Shown here: one piece after another, positions 27,765 through 37,311 of the stretch
Layout of the letters: the number at the start of each line of letters is the position of its first letter
Position numbering within the stretch: position 1 is the stretch's first letter
Source: Cryomorphaceae bacterium
GTDB taxonomy: Bacteria > Bacteroidota > Bacteroidia > Flavobacteriales > Flavobacteriaceae
Assembly (NCBI GenBank): GCA_003331885.1
Contig: QOPZ01000001.1
Location: 20,710 to 84,709, forward strand
DNA: 64,000 nt
Direction: 5' to 3'
Program-made: the position numbers and the translations under genes
The notes under the pieces: model-generated
Seen by the model: the letters and a program-made list of their open reading frames with translations, nothing else
What the model was told of the DNA's origin: nothing
Database searches by the model: none

Positions 27765-28571
27765 TTAATTCTTTGACCATTTTCTTAGTTTATTCATCTT
27801 TTCATGTTCTGCTAAATCTTCTTTTGAAATAACCTTAAGAAATGAAGAATGCTGTTCAATAGCATATTCAATTTTTTCAACTATCGATTCAACAGATTCA
27901 TTTTCATAATCAATTTTTAAAGGCTCTTTAATTTCCATAGATTGCAATATGCCTTTTTTCTTGATTCTTATTCCTCTTTTATCAAATGAACGTCTAAAAC
28001 CATCAATTACAATTGGAATAACAAGCGGTTTGAACTCTTTTATTATATGAGCAGTTCCTTTTCTAATAGGTTTGAATGGAGTTGTTGTACCTTGTGGAAA
28101 TGTAATTACCCAGCCATCATTCAATGCTACACCTATATTTGAAATATCACTCATTTTTACCTGTCTATTAACATCTTTTCCTTTGTCCCTCCAAGTCCTT
28201 TCAATAGAAACTGAACCTGCATATGCAAAGATTCTTGGAAGTGGTCCAGATTTCATTGTTTCCTTGGCTGCAACAAAATATATATTAAGTTTTGGTTTCC
28301 ATAAATACCCAACATTTTTTATTGAGTCTACTCTTCCGCTTAACCCAGCGTTAAAAACATGGAACATAGCTACTACATCAGCAAAATATGTTTGGTGATT
28401 TGAAACAAACAAAACATTATTTTCAGGTAATTTCTTTAATATTTCTGATCCTTCAATTTTAAGCCTATTAAAACCTTTAAATCTTTGATGAGTTAAAATG
28501 CCTAAAATTCTTATTAACCAAGTTTTAATAAAAAGTATATGTCCAAACGGGTTTCTTTTGAAAAACGGCAC
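27765..28571 (-). CDS. Lysophospholipid (1-acyl-sn-glycerol-3-phosphate) acyltransferase family protein
   Basis: 268 aa. Acyltransferase block I appears as NHQTYFAD and block III as FPQGTT. Confidence 0.7.
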   Translation of the reverse strand: MPFFKRNPFGHILFIKTWLIRILGILTHQRFKGFNRLKIEGSEILKKLPENNVLFVSNHQTYFADVVAMFHVFNAGLSGRVDSIKNVGYLWKPKLNIYFVAAKETMKSGPLPRIFAYAGSVSIERTWRDKGKDVNRQVKMSDISNIGVALNDGWVITFPQGTTTPFKPIRKGTAHIIKEFKPLVIPIVIDGFRRSFDKRGIRIKKKGILQSMEIKEPLKIDYENESVESIVEKIEYAIEQHSSFLKVISKEDLAEHEKMNKLRKWSKN

Positions 28572-28606
28572 CTTATAAATTTATCGGCAAATATATAAAC
28601 AATAAA

Positions 28607-29227
28607 TTAGGACTTAATTATTGATATAAATTCATTTAAAATCATAGCAGTTGCCCCCCATACGATATGATTTTCTATTATAAAATAAGGGTTCTTAATT
28701 TTTTGTTTATCAGTAAAACCATAATGAATTTTGAGTCCAATTAAAGTTGATAAAGTTGGCACTAAAACTTTTATGACTTCAATATTATCTTGCTTTATTA
28801 ATGGTTCGTTTTTTAAAGTAAAAATATATGGTCTAACTAAAAAATTACTTGGTGGTATATATATATCAGTCAATTTTAATTGAAAAATCATATTATCTTT
28901 TTTTATACCAATTTCTTCATTAGTTTCTCTTATAGCAGTCTCTGTGAGATCTGCATCATTATTTTCTTTTTTTCCACCAGGAAATGAAATTTGATTTGAA
29001 TGTACTCCATCATATTCATTTCTTAAAATTAGAGGCATTCTAACATCATTTTTTGAGTCAGAAAAAAAACACAATGAAACTGAAGCATCTTGCGTTTTAT
29101 TATTAGTTTTTATTTTTTTAATTAATTCTATTCTGTTTGTAGGCGCTAATTGAATATGAGATTCAATGCCTGGAAGAGATTTATTTTTTAATTTTGATAA
29201 TCTATGTTTAAATTCTTCAAATTTCAC
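28607..29227 (-). CDS. NUDIX hydrolase, CoA-pyrophosphatase-like
   Basis: 206 aa. Nudix box GGKKENNDADLTETAIRETNEEIG, preceded by the CoA-pyrophosphatase-type ...HSNQISFPGG. Confidence 0.75.
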   Translation of the reverse strand: MKFEEFKHRLSKLKNKSLPGIESHIQLAPTNRIELIKKIKTNNKTQDASVSLCFFSDSKNDVRMPLILRNEYDGVHSNQISFPGGKKENNDADLTETAIRETNEEIGIKKDNMIFQLKLTDIYIPPSNFLVRPYIFTLKNEPLIKQDNIEVIKVLVPTLSTLIGLKIHYGFTDKQKIKNPYFIIENHIVWGATAMILNEFISIIKS

Positions 29228-29911
29228 TCAACTAATTTATTGATTTGTATTGTTATTATTTTAATCTCTTGTGAGAATAAACCAAAAATAAAACCAAACA
29301 TTGAGATAAAGGTTATTGAAAAGGTTAAAAACAAAAAACAGGTTAAATCTGTTGCTGATCAGTTTGTTTTGAATGATGAAAATGCAATTCCCTTTTTTTT
29401 CGAATACGATAAAAACAACAAAGAGAATAAAGTACGTATTGAAACTAGATTTGGTAATATAGATTTATTACTATTTAATGAAACTCCATATCACAGATCC
29501 AATTTTATTTATTTAACCAAAAAAAAATATTTTGATGGCACTTCTTTTCATCGTGTGGTTAAAGATTTTATTATTCAAGGAGGAAATTCAGATTCATATG
29601 AAATATCTAAGAGAAGAAAAAAAATTGGGAGATATTTATTACCTCCTGATACAAAAAAAGGATTTAAGCATCACAGAGGGGTAATATCTATTCCTAGCAG
29701 TGATATTGACAACCCATATAAACTTGCATCTCCTTATGAGTTTTTTATAGTAGTTGATAAAAATGGTGCTTATCATCTAGATGAAAACTATACTCCTTTT
29801 GGTAAAGTAATTAATGGAATGAATGTAGTAGATTTAATTTCAAATATAGAAACTGACAAAAGAGAATGGCCAATTGATAATATTAAAATTAAAGTTAAAA
29901 TTCTTAACTAA
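29204..29911 (+). CDS. Cyclophilin-type peptidyl-prolyl cis-trans isomerase (exported)
   Basis: 235 aa. FHRVVKDFIIQGG and the PFGKVINGMNVVDLI blocks. N-terminal hydrophobic/lipobox region ILISCEN. Confidence 0.8.
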   Translation: MFKFFKFHSTNLLICIVIILISCENKPKIKPNIEIKVIEKVKNKKQVKSVADQFVLNDENAIPFFFEYDKNNKENKVRIETRFGNIDLLLFNETPYHRSNFIYLTKKKYFDGTSFHRVVKDFIIQGGNSDSYEISKRRKKIGRYLLPPDTKKGFKHHRGVISIPSSDIDNPYKLASPYEFFIVVDKNGAYHLDENYTPFGKVINGMNVVDLISNIETDKREWPIDNIKIKVKILN

Positions 29912-30090
29912 ACAACACCCACTAAATGTGGATGTTTATTAATATAATTTTCAACCCAAATTTTTAACTCATCATATTCGTGAGGAAGTAAAACTTCAGA
30001 TGCTTTATCCAATTCTTTTTTAAATAAAGCAAAACTAAAAGTTACTTTTTTAAGAACATTTTTTGTGTACTTAAATACTTGACGAGCCAT
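29908..30090 (-). CDS. Small hypothetical protein
   Basis: 60-aa ORF in an otherwise unoccupied gap. No motif; coding status uncertain. Confidence 0.3.
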   Translation of the reverse strand: MARQVFKYTKNVLKKVTFSFALFKKELDKASEVLLPHEYDELKIWVENYINKHPHLVGVV

Positions 30091-30135
30091 ATTTAAATAT
30101 AGGATTTGTTTTAGACTTTTAAATTTAAAGAAATG

Positions 30136-30588
30136 TTAAAATTTTCTTTTTATACTCCATTCATAGGTAAATTCAGAAACAATATCTCCAACACTATCAT
30201 AACCTTTTGAGCTAAGTTTTATTATAGCTGTAGGGTTGTTTTTTGTTAATTTTTGGAATGAATCTTTAATATTTTTTACATCATTGCATTCAAAAACAAT
30301 TTTTCCTTTGGCTTTTTTTAAAAATTTTGAAGAGTTTGAAACAACCAGCATAGAAATGTTAAAGTCAAAATTATCTTTTTCTTTAATTATTAACATTCCT
30401 GTTGTTAATTCAGAGGCCATACCTTGAACTGCCCAATATAAAGACCTAAATGGATTACTATTAAACCAATTATGTTTAACTCTGACTAAACATTTTTTAT
30501 CGTTTAATTCATTAACTCTAATTCCACATAACCAGGCTGATGGAAGATCTTTAAATAGAAAAAAATTGTATTTGAACATATTAGTCAC
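30136..30588 (-). CDS. Hotdog-fold protein, DUF4442-like
   Basis: 150 aa. The NPFRSLYWAVQGMASELTTG block resembles DUF4442/PaaI-like proteins (from memory, unverified). Overlaps the trxB stop by 8 nt. Confidence 0.45.
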   Translation of the reverse strand: MTNMFKYNFFLFKDLPSAWLCGIRVNELNDKKCLVRVKHNWFNSNPFRSLYWAVQGMASELTTGMLIIKEKDNFDFNISMLVVSNSSKFLKKAKGKIVFECNDVKNIKDSFQKLTKNNPTAIIKLSSKGYDSVGDIVSEFTYEWSIKRKF

Positions 30589-31525
30589 CTATTGATGCTA
30601 AGTATCTCTCTGCATCTAATGCAGCCATACATCCTGTTCCAGCAGCTGTAACCGCTTGACGATATTCTTTATCTTGAACATCTCCTGATGCAAATACTCC
30701 AGGAATATTAGTTTTAGTTGTCTTTCCATTGGTGATTATATAACCAGTTTTATCCATATCAAGCTGACCCCTAAATAAATCAGTGTTGGGCTTATGCCCT
30801 ATTGCAACAAAAAAACCAGTAATATTAATCTCCTCAGTTTTTTGCGTTTTATTATTTATGATTTTCAAACCTTCAACAACATTATCACCAAGAACTTCAA
30901 CAACTTCAGAATTATACTTTAAATCAATATTTTCTTTTGAGTTCACACGATGCTGCATAGCTTTTGAAGCTCTCATTTCATCTTTTCTAACAAGCATTGT
31001 AACCTTGGAGCATATATTTGATAAATAAGTTGCTTCTTCAGCTGCAGTATCACCTCCTCCAACAATTGCAACCTCTTGTCCTTTATAGAAAAAACCATCG
31101 CATACTGCACATGCAGAAACACCACCACCAATTAATTTTTGTTCACTTTCTAGACCTAAATATTTTGCAGATGCACCGGTTGAAATGATAACAGTTTTAG
31201 CATGAAGAACTATTTCATGATTAATTATAACTTCATGAAGGTCATCGGAGTTTTTGGCAAAGGTTACTTTAGTTGCTTCCCCAATTCTAACATCTGTCCC
31301 AAACCTCTCTGCTTGAGCTTTTAATTCTTCCATCATTTTAGGACCATCAATTCCATTTGGATAACCAGGGAAATTATCAACATCAGTCGTTGTTGTGAGT
31401 TGTCCACCTGGTTCCATTCCAGTGTAGAGAACTGGCTTTAAATCAGCTCTTGATGCATATATTGCTGCAGTATAACCAGCAGGTCCAGAACCTATAATTA
31501 AAGTTTTGATTTTTTCAGTAGACAT
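30581..31525 (-). CDS. trxB: Thioredoxin-disulfide reductase
   Basis: 314 aa from ATG 31525 (MSTEKIKTLIIGSGPAGYTAA). Redox-active CAVC and NADPH motif VGGGDTAAEEA. The 409-aa track ORF is an artefactual upstream extension through two tRNA genes. Confidence 0.95.
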   Translation of the reverse strand: MSTEKIKTLIIGSGPAGYTAAIYASRADLKPVLYTGMEPGGQLTTTTDVDNFPGYPNGIDGPKMMEELKAQAERFGTDVRIGEATKVTFAKNSDDLHEVIINHEIVLHAKTVIISTGASAKYLGLESEQKLIGGGVSACAVCDGFFYKGQEVAIVGGGDTAAEEATYLSNICSKVTMLVRKDEMRASKAMQHRVNSKENIDLKYNSEVVEVLGDNVVEGLKIINNKTQKTEEINITGFFVAIGHKPNTDLFRGQLDMDKTGYIITNGKTTKTNIPGVFASGDVQDKEYRQAVTAAGTGCMAALDAERYLASIGD

Positions 31526-31594
31526 GCCTTCAAAATTAATATAAAAATTTGTGTTTGTTGTTAATCTAAAGAGTTTTATATTAGCACCCGTTTT

Positions 31595-31669
31595 CGGGGT
31601 GTAGCGTAGCCCGGTTATCGCGCCGCGTTTGGGACGCGGAGGTCGTAGGTTCGAATCCTGCCACCCCGA
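31595..31669 (+). tRNA. tRNA-Pro (anticodon UGG)
   Basis: Acceptor cggggtg/caccccg, anticodon stem ccgcg/cgcgg with loop ttTGGga, T-arm gtagg-ttcgaat-cctgc, discriminator a. Confidence 0.9.
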
Positions 31670-31676
31670 CAAATTT

Positions 31677-31702
31677 AAAGCAGTCTGATGGCTGCTTTTT
31701 TT
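31677..31702 (+). terminator. Intrinsic terminator after tRNA-Pro(UGG)
   Basis: Stem aaagcagtc/ggctgcttt around loop tgat, followed by a T-run to 31702. Confidence 0.65.
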
Positions 31703-31736
31703 ATTTATAAAGTCTATTATAATTAAATTAGTAAAA

Positions 31737-31744
31737 TATATTTG
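31737..31744 (+). promoter_or_regulatory. Candidate -7 promoter element (TAnnTTTG) for tRNA-Pro(GGG)
   Basis: tatatttg ends 6 nt before the tRNA 5' end. Confidence 0.45.
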
Positions 31745-31750
31745 CAGACT

Positions 31751-31829
<79 letters not shown>

Positions 31830-31894
31830 TTAAAACAAAAATTTTTAAAATGAATGATATTTAATACTTTTAAACCTAAACTAAAATATATAAT

Positions 31895-32392
31895 ATGAAA
31901 AAATTTATTCTAATAATTATCACTGTCCTAGTATCTTGTTCACAAGGTGTATCGGTCGACAATGGAGAGTGGTCAGGAACTATTAACGCAAACAGTGAAG
32001 AAAGTAAGATTGTTGAAAAACTTGCTGCTGCTTATGTAAATGGAAATTTTGAAATTGCTAGTGAATATTTAGCTGATGATGCAGTTCACTCAGTTAATGG
32101 AGCTGAATTTACTAATGAGGAATGGATAAGTGGATATAAACAAGATCAAGAAGTTTTTGACAATATAAAACACAATGATGCTAACATAACAACAATGTAT
32201 TACAACAATGGTAAAATTTTTACAAATCATTGGTTGACCTGGACAGGCAACTCTAAAATTTCTGGTGAAGCTAATACAATCCATTATTATGGTTACTGGG
32301 AGTGGAAAGATGGTAAAATAATTGCAACTGGAGCTTACATGGATACTCAGTGGTATTTCAGCGAAATTGGAAAATATTTAGAAACTAAATAA
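31895..32392 (+). CDS. Lipoprotein, possibly SnoaL/NTF2-like fold
   Basis: 165 aa with lipobox TVLVSCSQ. The fold guess is weak and rests on size and the AAAYVNGNFE..YLADDAV pattern. Confidence 0.4.
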   Translation: MKKFILIIITVLVSCSQGVSVDNGEWSGTINANSEESKIVEKLAAAYVNGNFEIASEYLADDAVHSVNGAEFTNEEWISGYKQDQEVFDNIKHNDANITTMYYNNGKIFTNHWLTWTGNSKISGEANTIHYYGYWEWKDGKIIATGAYMDTQWYFSEIGKYLETK

Positions 32393-32398
32393 TTATTT

Positions 32399-32423
32399 AA
32401 ACCTCCTTTTGGAGGTTTTTTTT
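32399..32423 (+). terminator. Intrinsic terminator
   Basis: Stem aacctcc/ggaggtt with a tttt loop, followed by a T-run. Confidence 0.75.
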
Positions 32424-32437
32424 ATTAATTTTGTTTA

Positions 32438-33538
32438 ATGAAAAGATTGATTTTAATTTTTGCTTTTTGTATTTCATGTGCTCAAACTGATGATACAATC
32501 GTTACTCCATCCAAAATTAATTATACCATATCCAATATTCATGAAACAGCATATGTTCCTTGGAGTATTGAATTTGTTGATAGTGAAACAATAATTTACA
32601 GCGAAAGAAGAGGAAAGCTATTTCTATTAAAAAATGGAGTTGCAACTGAAATTGATGGAGTGCCTGACGTTTTTAATAAAAATCAAGGAGGATTGCTTGA
32701 TATTGAATTACATCCAAATTTTTCTGAAAATAAAAAAATATATATTTCTTATTCAAAGTCTAATGAAAATGACGAGGCTAACACTGCAATAGCAAGTGCA
32801 AAACTATTTGAAAATAAATTAGAAGATTTAAAAATTATTTATTTAGGAGAAGAAATGACTTCAAAGAGTTTACACTTTGGGTCAAGACTTCAATTTGATA
32901 ATGATGGACATTTATATTTTACTATAGGTGACAGAGGAAATAGAGATCAAAACCCTCAAGATATTTCAAGAGATGGAGGAAAGATTTATAGAATTAATGA
33001 AGATGGTTCAATACCGGAAGACAATCCCTTTGTTAATGAAAAAGTGGCTAAAAAAGCAATATATTCTTATGGACATAGAAATCCACAAGGGATGTTCAAG
33101 CACCCTGTTACAGGACAAATATGGACTAATGAACATGGTCCAAGAGGTGGGGATGAAATAAATATTGTAGAAAGTGGAAAAAACTATGGTTGGCCAAAAA
33201 TTACATATGGAATAAATTACAGTGGAACAACAATCACTAATGATAAAGATCTTGATGGAATGGAACAACCTCTTTATTATTGGGTTCCATCCATAGCTCC
33301 TAGCGGATTTGAATATATAAATTCAGAGAAGTATGATAACTGGAATGGAAGTATTTTAGTCGGATCATTAAAGTTTATGTATTTAGAAAGGTTAGTTTTA
33401 GACAAAAACAATAAAGTAATTTATAGAGAAAAGGTTGCAGAAAATCTTGGTAGAGTTCGAGATGTAAAGCTTAGCCCTGACGGATATATATATTTAGCAA
33501 TTGACAATAAAGGTATTTTTAAAGTTATTCCTAATTAA
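32438..33538 (+). CDS. PQQ-dependent soluble sugar (aldose/sorbosone) dehydrogenase, YliI-like
   Basis: 366 aa with a signal peptide. Beta-propeller blocks HFGSRLQFDNDGHLYFTIGDRG, GKIYRINEDGSIPEDNPF, YSYGHRNPQG, EHGPRGGDEIN, GKNYGWP. Confidence 0.8.
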   Translation: MKRLILIFAFCISCAQTDDTIVTPSKINYTISNIHETAYVPWSIEFVDSETIIYSERRGKLFLLKNGVATEIDGVPDVFNKNQGGLLDIELHPNFSENKKIYISYSKSNENDEANTAIASAKLFENKLEDLKIIYLGEEMTSKSLHFGSRLQFDNDGHLYFTIGDRGNRDQNPQDISRDGGKIYRINEDGSIPEDNPFVNEKVAKKAIYSYGHRNPQGMFKHPVTGQIWTNEHGPRGGDEINIVESGKNYGWPKITYGINYSGTTITNDKDLDGMEQPLYYWVPSIAPSGFEYINSEKYDNWNGSILVGSLKFMYLERLVLDKNNKVIYREKVAENLGRVRDVKLSPDGYIYLAIDNKGIFKVIPN

Positions 33539-34161
33539 TGATTATTGTTGCAATTTCAGGAGGAACAGGATCTGGGAAAACAACACTTGCAGAAAAAATC
33601 ATAAAAAATTATTCAAAACTTAAAGTAAATTATTTATCCCTAGACTATTACTATAAAGATTATAGTGATATTTCTTTCAATAAAAGATCAAAAATTAACT
33701 TTGATCATCCAAATTCTATTGACTTTAAATTATTTTATCAACAGATTAGTAAACATATAAAAGGGTATGATATTAAAACCCCTACATACTCATATAAAAG
33801 ACATAAAAGACTAAAAAAAACTCTCTTAATAAAACAAGGAGATCTACTTATTTTAGATGGTATTTTAATTTTGTTAAAAAATAATATTAGAGATTTTTTT
33901 GATTTAAGCATATTTTTGGATGTGAGTTCTTCAAAAAGGTTAAAAAGAAGAATTTCAAGAGATAAAAGAGAGAGAGGAAGAAGTATAGCTGAAGTAGAAG
34001 AAAGGTTTCTAAAAATGATAAAGCCAATGCATAAGAAATATGTTGAGCCTTCAAAAAATTTTGCTGATATTATTTTAGATGAAGATTATGACTTTGAATT
34101 GATTAAAAACAAAATTGATCAAAAATTATATGGAAATAATCAAAAAAATAAAAGATTCTAA
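33538..34161 (+). CDS. udk: Uridine kinase
   Basis: 207 aa. P-loop ISGGTGSGKTT, then NFDHPNSIDF and ILDGILIL blocks. Confidence 0.8.
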   Translation: MIIVAISGGTGSGKTTLAEKIIKNYSKLKVNYLSLDYYYKDYSDISFNKRSKINFDHPNSIDFKLFYQQISKHIKGYDIKTPTYSYKRHKRLKKTLLIKQGDLLILDGILILLKNNIRDFFDLSIFLDVSSSKRLKRRISRDKRERGRSIAEVEERFLKMIKPMHKKYVEPSKNFADIILDEDYDFELIKNKIDQKLYGNNQKNKRF

Positions 34162-34441
34162 ATTTTTTAAACTTTTTAGTAACATATATATTCTAACATC
34201 CTTGATCTTTTTTATTTGGATTTTTTTTATTGACTCTAATTCTATTTTAGTAAATCTTAAATTAAAAAAAGAAATTAATAAGTTAATTGATAGAAAAGAA
34301 GTTCTAGAGAGACAGATAGAAATTGATAAAAAAATTATATCTAATTTGAAAAACCCTGATAGTCTTGAAAAATATGCTAGAGAAAAGCTTTATATGAAAA
34401 AAGATAATGAAGAAATTTACATAATAGAATTTAAAGAATAA
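34115..34441 (+). CDS. Septum-formation initiator (FtsB/DivIC-like) protein
   Basis: 108 aa: one TM helix followed by a coiled coil (KKEINKLIDRKEVLERQIEIDKK). The start is uncertain; it overlaps the udk 3' end. Confidence 0.55.
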   Translation: MIKNYMEIIKKIKDSKFFKLFSNIYILTSLIFFIWIFFIDSNSILVNLKLKKEINKLIDRKEVLERQIEIDKKIISNLKNPDSLEKYAREKLYMKKDNEEIYIIEFKE

Positions 34442-35202
34442 TGGGTAAAATAATTTCAGTTTCAAATCAAAAAGGTGGTGTTGGAAAAACTACAACATCA
34501 TTAAGCTTGGCAGCATCCTTAGGGGTTTTAGAAAAAAAAGTTCTTTTAATTGACGCTGACCCTCAGGGAAATGCTACATCAGGTATTGGAGTCTCAAGCA
34601 AAGATTTTGACAAATCAAGTTATGATGTTTTACTTAATCAATGTAAAATTCAAGATTCTATAATTAATACAAAAAGCCCAAACCTCGATATAATTCCTGC
34701 AAATATTGATTTAGTTGCAATTGAAATTGAAATTGTTGATGTTGAAAAAAGAGAATTAATGCTTAGTAAAATGACTAGTGATGTTAAAGATAAATATGAT
34801 TTTATTATTATTGATTGTCCACCATCACTAGGATTAATAACTATTAATGCTCTTACCGCATCAGACTCAGTTATTATTCCTATACAATGTGAATACTATG
34901 CTTTGGAAGGACTTGGTAAATTATTAAATACTATCAAAGGTGTTCAAAAGGTACACAATGAAAAGCTTGAAATTGAAGGAATCCTGCTAACAATGTTTGA
35001 TTCAAGATTAAGACTATCTAATCAAGTAAAAGAGGATGTAAAAAAACATTTTGGGAATATGGTTTTTTCAACAATTATCCCTAGAAATGTCAGTTTAGGT
35101 GAAGCTCCAAGTCATGGAGAAAGTATAATTGTATATAACTCAACTAGCAAAGGCTCAAAAAGTTATATTAAATTTGCTCAAGAAGTAATAAATTTAAATT
35201 AG
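34441..35202 (+). CDS. parA: Chromosome-partitioning ATPase ParA/Soj
   Basis: 253 aa. Deviant Walker A NQKGGVGKTTT, Walker B IIIDCPPSLG. Confidence 0.95.
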   Translation: MGKIISVSNQKGGVGKTTTSLSLAASLGVLEKKVLLIDADPQGNATSGIGVSSKDFDKSSYDVLLNQCKIQDSIINTKSPNLDIIPANIDLVAIEIEIVDVEKRELMLSKMTSDVKDKYDFIIIDCPPSLGLITINALTASDSVIIPIQCEYYALEGLGKLLNTIKGVQKVHNEKLEIEGILLTMFDSRLRLSNQVKEDVKKHFGNMVFSTIIPRNVSLGEAPSHGESIIVYNSTSKGSKSYIKFAQEVINLN

Positions 35203-35203
35203 T

Positions 35204-36070
35204 TTGGCAAAAGCATATAGAAAAAGAGTTTTGGGTAGAGGCTTATCAGCCATTTTAAGCGATGATGAAAATAATAGGTTTAATAACTCTGATTCATCAA
35301 TAAGCTTCAATGAAATTTCAGTTGATTCAATTGATTTGAATCCATTTCAACCACGAACAAACTTTAATAAAAAAGATATAGACAACTTAGCTTCTTCTAT
35401 AAAAGTTTTAGGTTTAATACAGCCTATAACTGTTAAAGTTGATAATGATAGGTATGAATTAATTTCTGGAGAAAGAAGACTTAGAGCATTTAAACTATTA
35501 AAAATTAATAATATTCCTGCCTACGTAAGAAAAGCTGATGATCAAGCTTCATTGGAAATGGCTCTTGTTGAAAACATACAAAGAAAAGATCTTGACCCAA
35601 TCGAAATTGCCATTTCCTACAGTAGATTAATTGATGAGTTGAATATTTCTCAAGAAGACATGAGTAAAAGAGTTGGAAAGGATAGATCTACAATTTCAAA
35701 TTATATTAGATTACTAAGATTAGATCCAATCATACAAAGTGGAATTAGAGATAGTTTTATTTCAATGGGACACGGGAGAACTTTAATAAATATAGATTCA
35801 AAAGAGAAGCAATTAATTATTTACGAAAAGATATTAAGAAGTGGACTTTCAGTTAGGCAAACAGAAAAGATTGTAAAAGATCTAAATCAAAAAAAGAAGA
35901 AAAAAGAATTTTCTAGAAATGATGGTTCATTTGAAAAAAAGATAAAGATTCTACAGAAAAAATATAATTTAATTATTGATTTAAAATTAAAAAATGAAAA
36001 AGGACATCTTTCATTTAAATTTGACAGTATTTCTCAATTAAACAAATTAATTAAAAAGCTAGATGAATAA
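35204..36070 (+). CDS. parB: Chromosome-partitioning protein ParB/Spo0J
   Basis: 288 aa with a TTG start. N-terminal GRGLSAIL, PFQPR box, GERRLRA box, HTH, and a Lys-rich linker. Confidence 0.95.
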   Translation: MAKAYRKRVLGRGLSAILSDDENNRFNNSDSSISFNEISVDSIDLNPFQPRTNFNKKDIDNLASSIKVLGLIQPITVKVDNDRYELISGERRLRAFKLLKINNIPAYVRKADDQASLEMALVENIQRKDLDPIEIAISYSRLIDELNISQEDMSKRVGKDRSTISNYIRLLRLDPIIQSGIRDSFISMGHGRTLINIDSKEKQLIIYEKILRSGLSVRQTEKIVKDLNQKKKKKEFSRNDGSFEKKIKILQKKYNLIIDLKLKNEKGHLSFKFDSISQLNKLIKKLDE

Positions 36071-36596
36071 TAGATTTATTATTATTTACTTTTTATTTTT
36101 TTTCTTTAACAATCTAATGTTTAGTCAAGAAGAAAATTCAAAAAATGAAATTGATATTTTGAGACCCTCAAAAGCTGCTTTTTACTCTGCAGTAATTCCT
36201 GGTCTTGGTCAGATTTACAATAAAAAAGCGTGGAAAGTACCAATTGTTTATGCAGCTATTGGTATTTCAGGATATTCATACGATTACAATAGAAAAAAGT
36301 TTTGGTCTTACAGAGATGCCTATAAGAGAAGAAAAGCTGGATTTACTGATGATCAATATCAGGGTATAATTATAAATGATGATAGACTACTTGATGGTCA
36401 AGATTTTCATAAAAAATATAAAGATTTATCTATGGTATTTCTTGTGGGATTTTATTTTTTGAATATTTTAGATGCAAATATTGATGCTCACCTTTTAGAT
36501 TTCAATGTTAATGAAAACTTGTCTTTTGAACCATACTTTGAAAATGATATAGTATTTGAACAAAGTATTGGTTTAAAAGTTAAAATGAATTTATAA
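36063..36596 (+). CDS. DUF5683-like membrane protein
   Basis: 177 aa. The SAVIPGLGQIYNKKAWKVPIVY motif and the position after parB are typical of Bacteroidota. Confidence 0.6.
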   Translation: MNNRFIIIYFLFFFFNNLMFSQEENSKNEIDILRPSKAAFYSAVIPGLGQIYNKKAWKVPIVYAAIGISGYSYDYNRKKFWSYRDAYKRRKAGFTDDQYQGIIINDDRLLDGQDFHKKYKDLSMVFLVGFYFLNILDANIDAHLLDFNVNENLSFEPYFENDIVFEQSIGLKVKMNL

Positions 36597-36597
36597 T

Positions 36598-37308
36598 ATG
36601 AATGCTGCAATTATTGGTTATGGGAAGATGGGTAAAGAAGTTGAAAAAGTTTTAATTTCTAGAGGTCATAAAGTCTCAAAAATTATAGAGTTAAGCAATA
36701 CTAATTTTAATTTAGAGGACTCAGATGTTGCAATCATTTTTTCTTCCCCTGAAAGTGTTTATAAGAACATAAAGAATTGTTTAGATTTGAAAATTCCTGT
36801 GATATGTGGATCAACAGGATGGACTGATGATCTCAAAGAAATTGAGAAATATTGTAAATCTTTGAATGGTACATTTTTATTTTCTCCAAACTTTAGCATT
36901 GGAGTAAACTTATTTTTTGAGTTGAATAAATATCTTTCTAAAATGATGAAAAACCATGAGGATTATAAATTAAATATAAATGAAAAACACCATATTGAAA
37001 AAGTAGACAAACCTAGTGGTACAGCTATAAAATTAGCAAATGATATAATAAAAAACTCCAACTACTCTAGCTGGATATTAGATGGTAACACCACAAAAAA
37101 TGATATAAATATTGATTCATTCAGAGAAGGAAATGAAAAAGGTTTTCATGAAATAAAATATACATCTAAAAATGATGAAATTACAATTAGTCATAATGCA
37201 AAAAACAGATTTAGTTTTGCTTTAGGCTCTGTATTGTCAGCTGAATATATAATCGGTAAAAAAGGAATATTTACTATAAATGATGTTATTAATAACATAA
37301 AAATATAA
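36598..37308 (+). CDS. dapB: 4-hydroxy-tetrahydrodipicolinate reductase
   Basis: 236 aa. N-terminal IIGYGKMGKEV and signature EKHHIEKVDKPSGTA. Confidence 0.85.
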   Translation: MNAAIIGYGKMGKEVEKVLISRGHKVSKIIELSNTNFNLEDSDVAIIFSSPESVYKNIKNCLDLKIPVICGSTGWTDDLKEIEKYCKSLNGTFLFSPNFSIGVNLFFELNKYLSKMMKNHEDYKLNINEKHHIEKVDKPSGTAIKLANDIIKNSNYSSWILDGNTTKNDINIDSFREGNEKGFHEIKYTSKNDEITISHNAKNRFSFALGSVLSAEYIIGKKGIFTINDVINNIKI

Positions 37309-37311
37309 TAT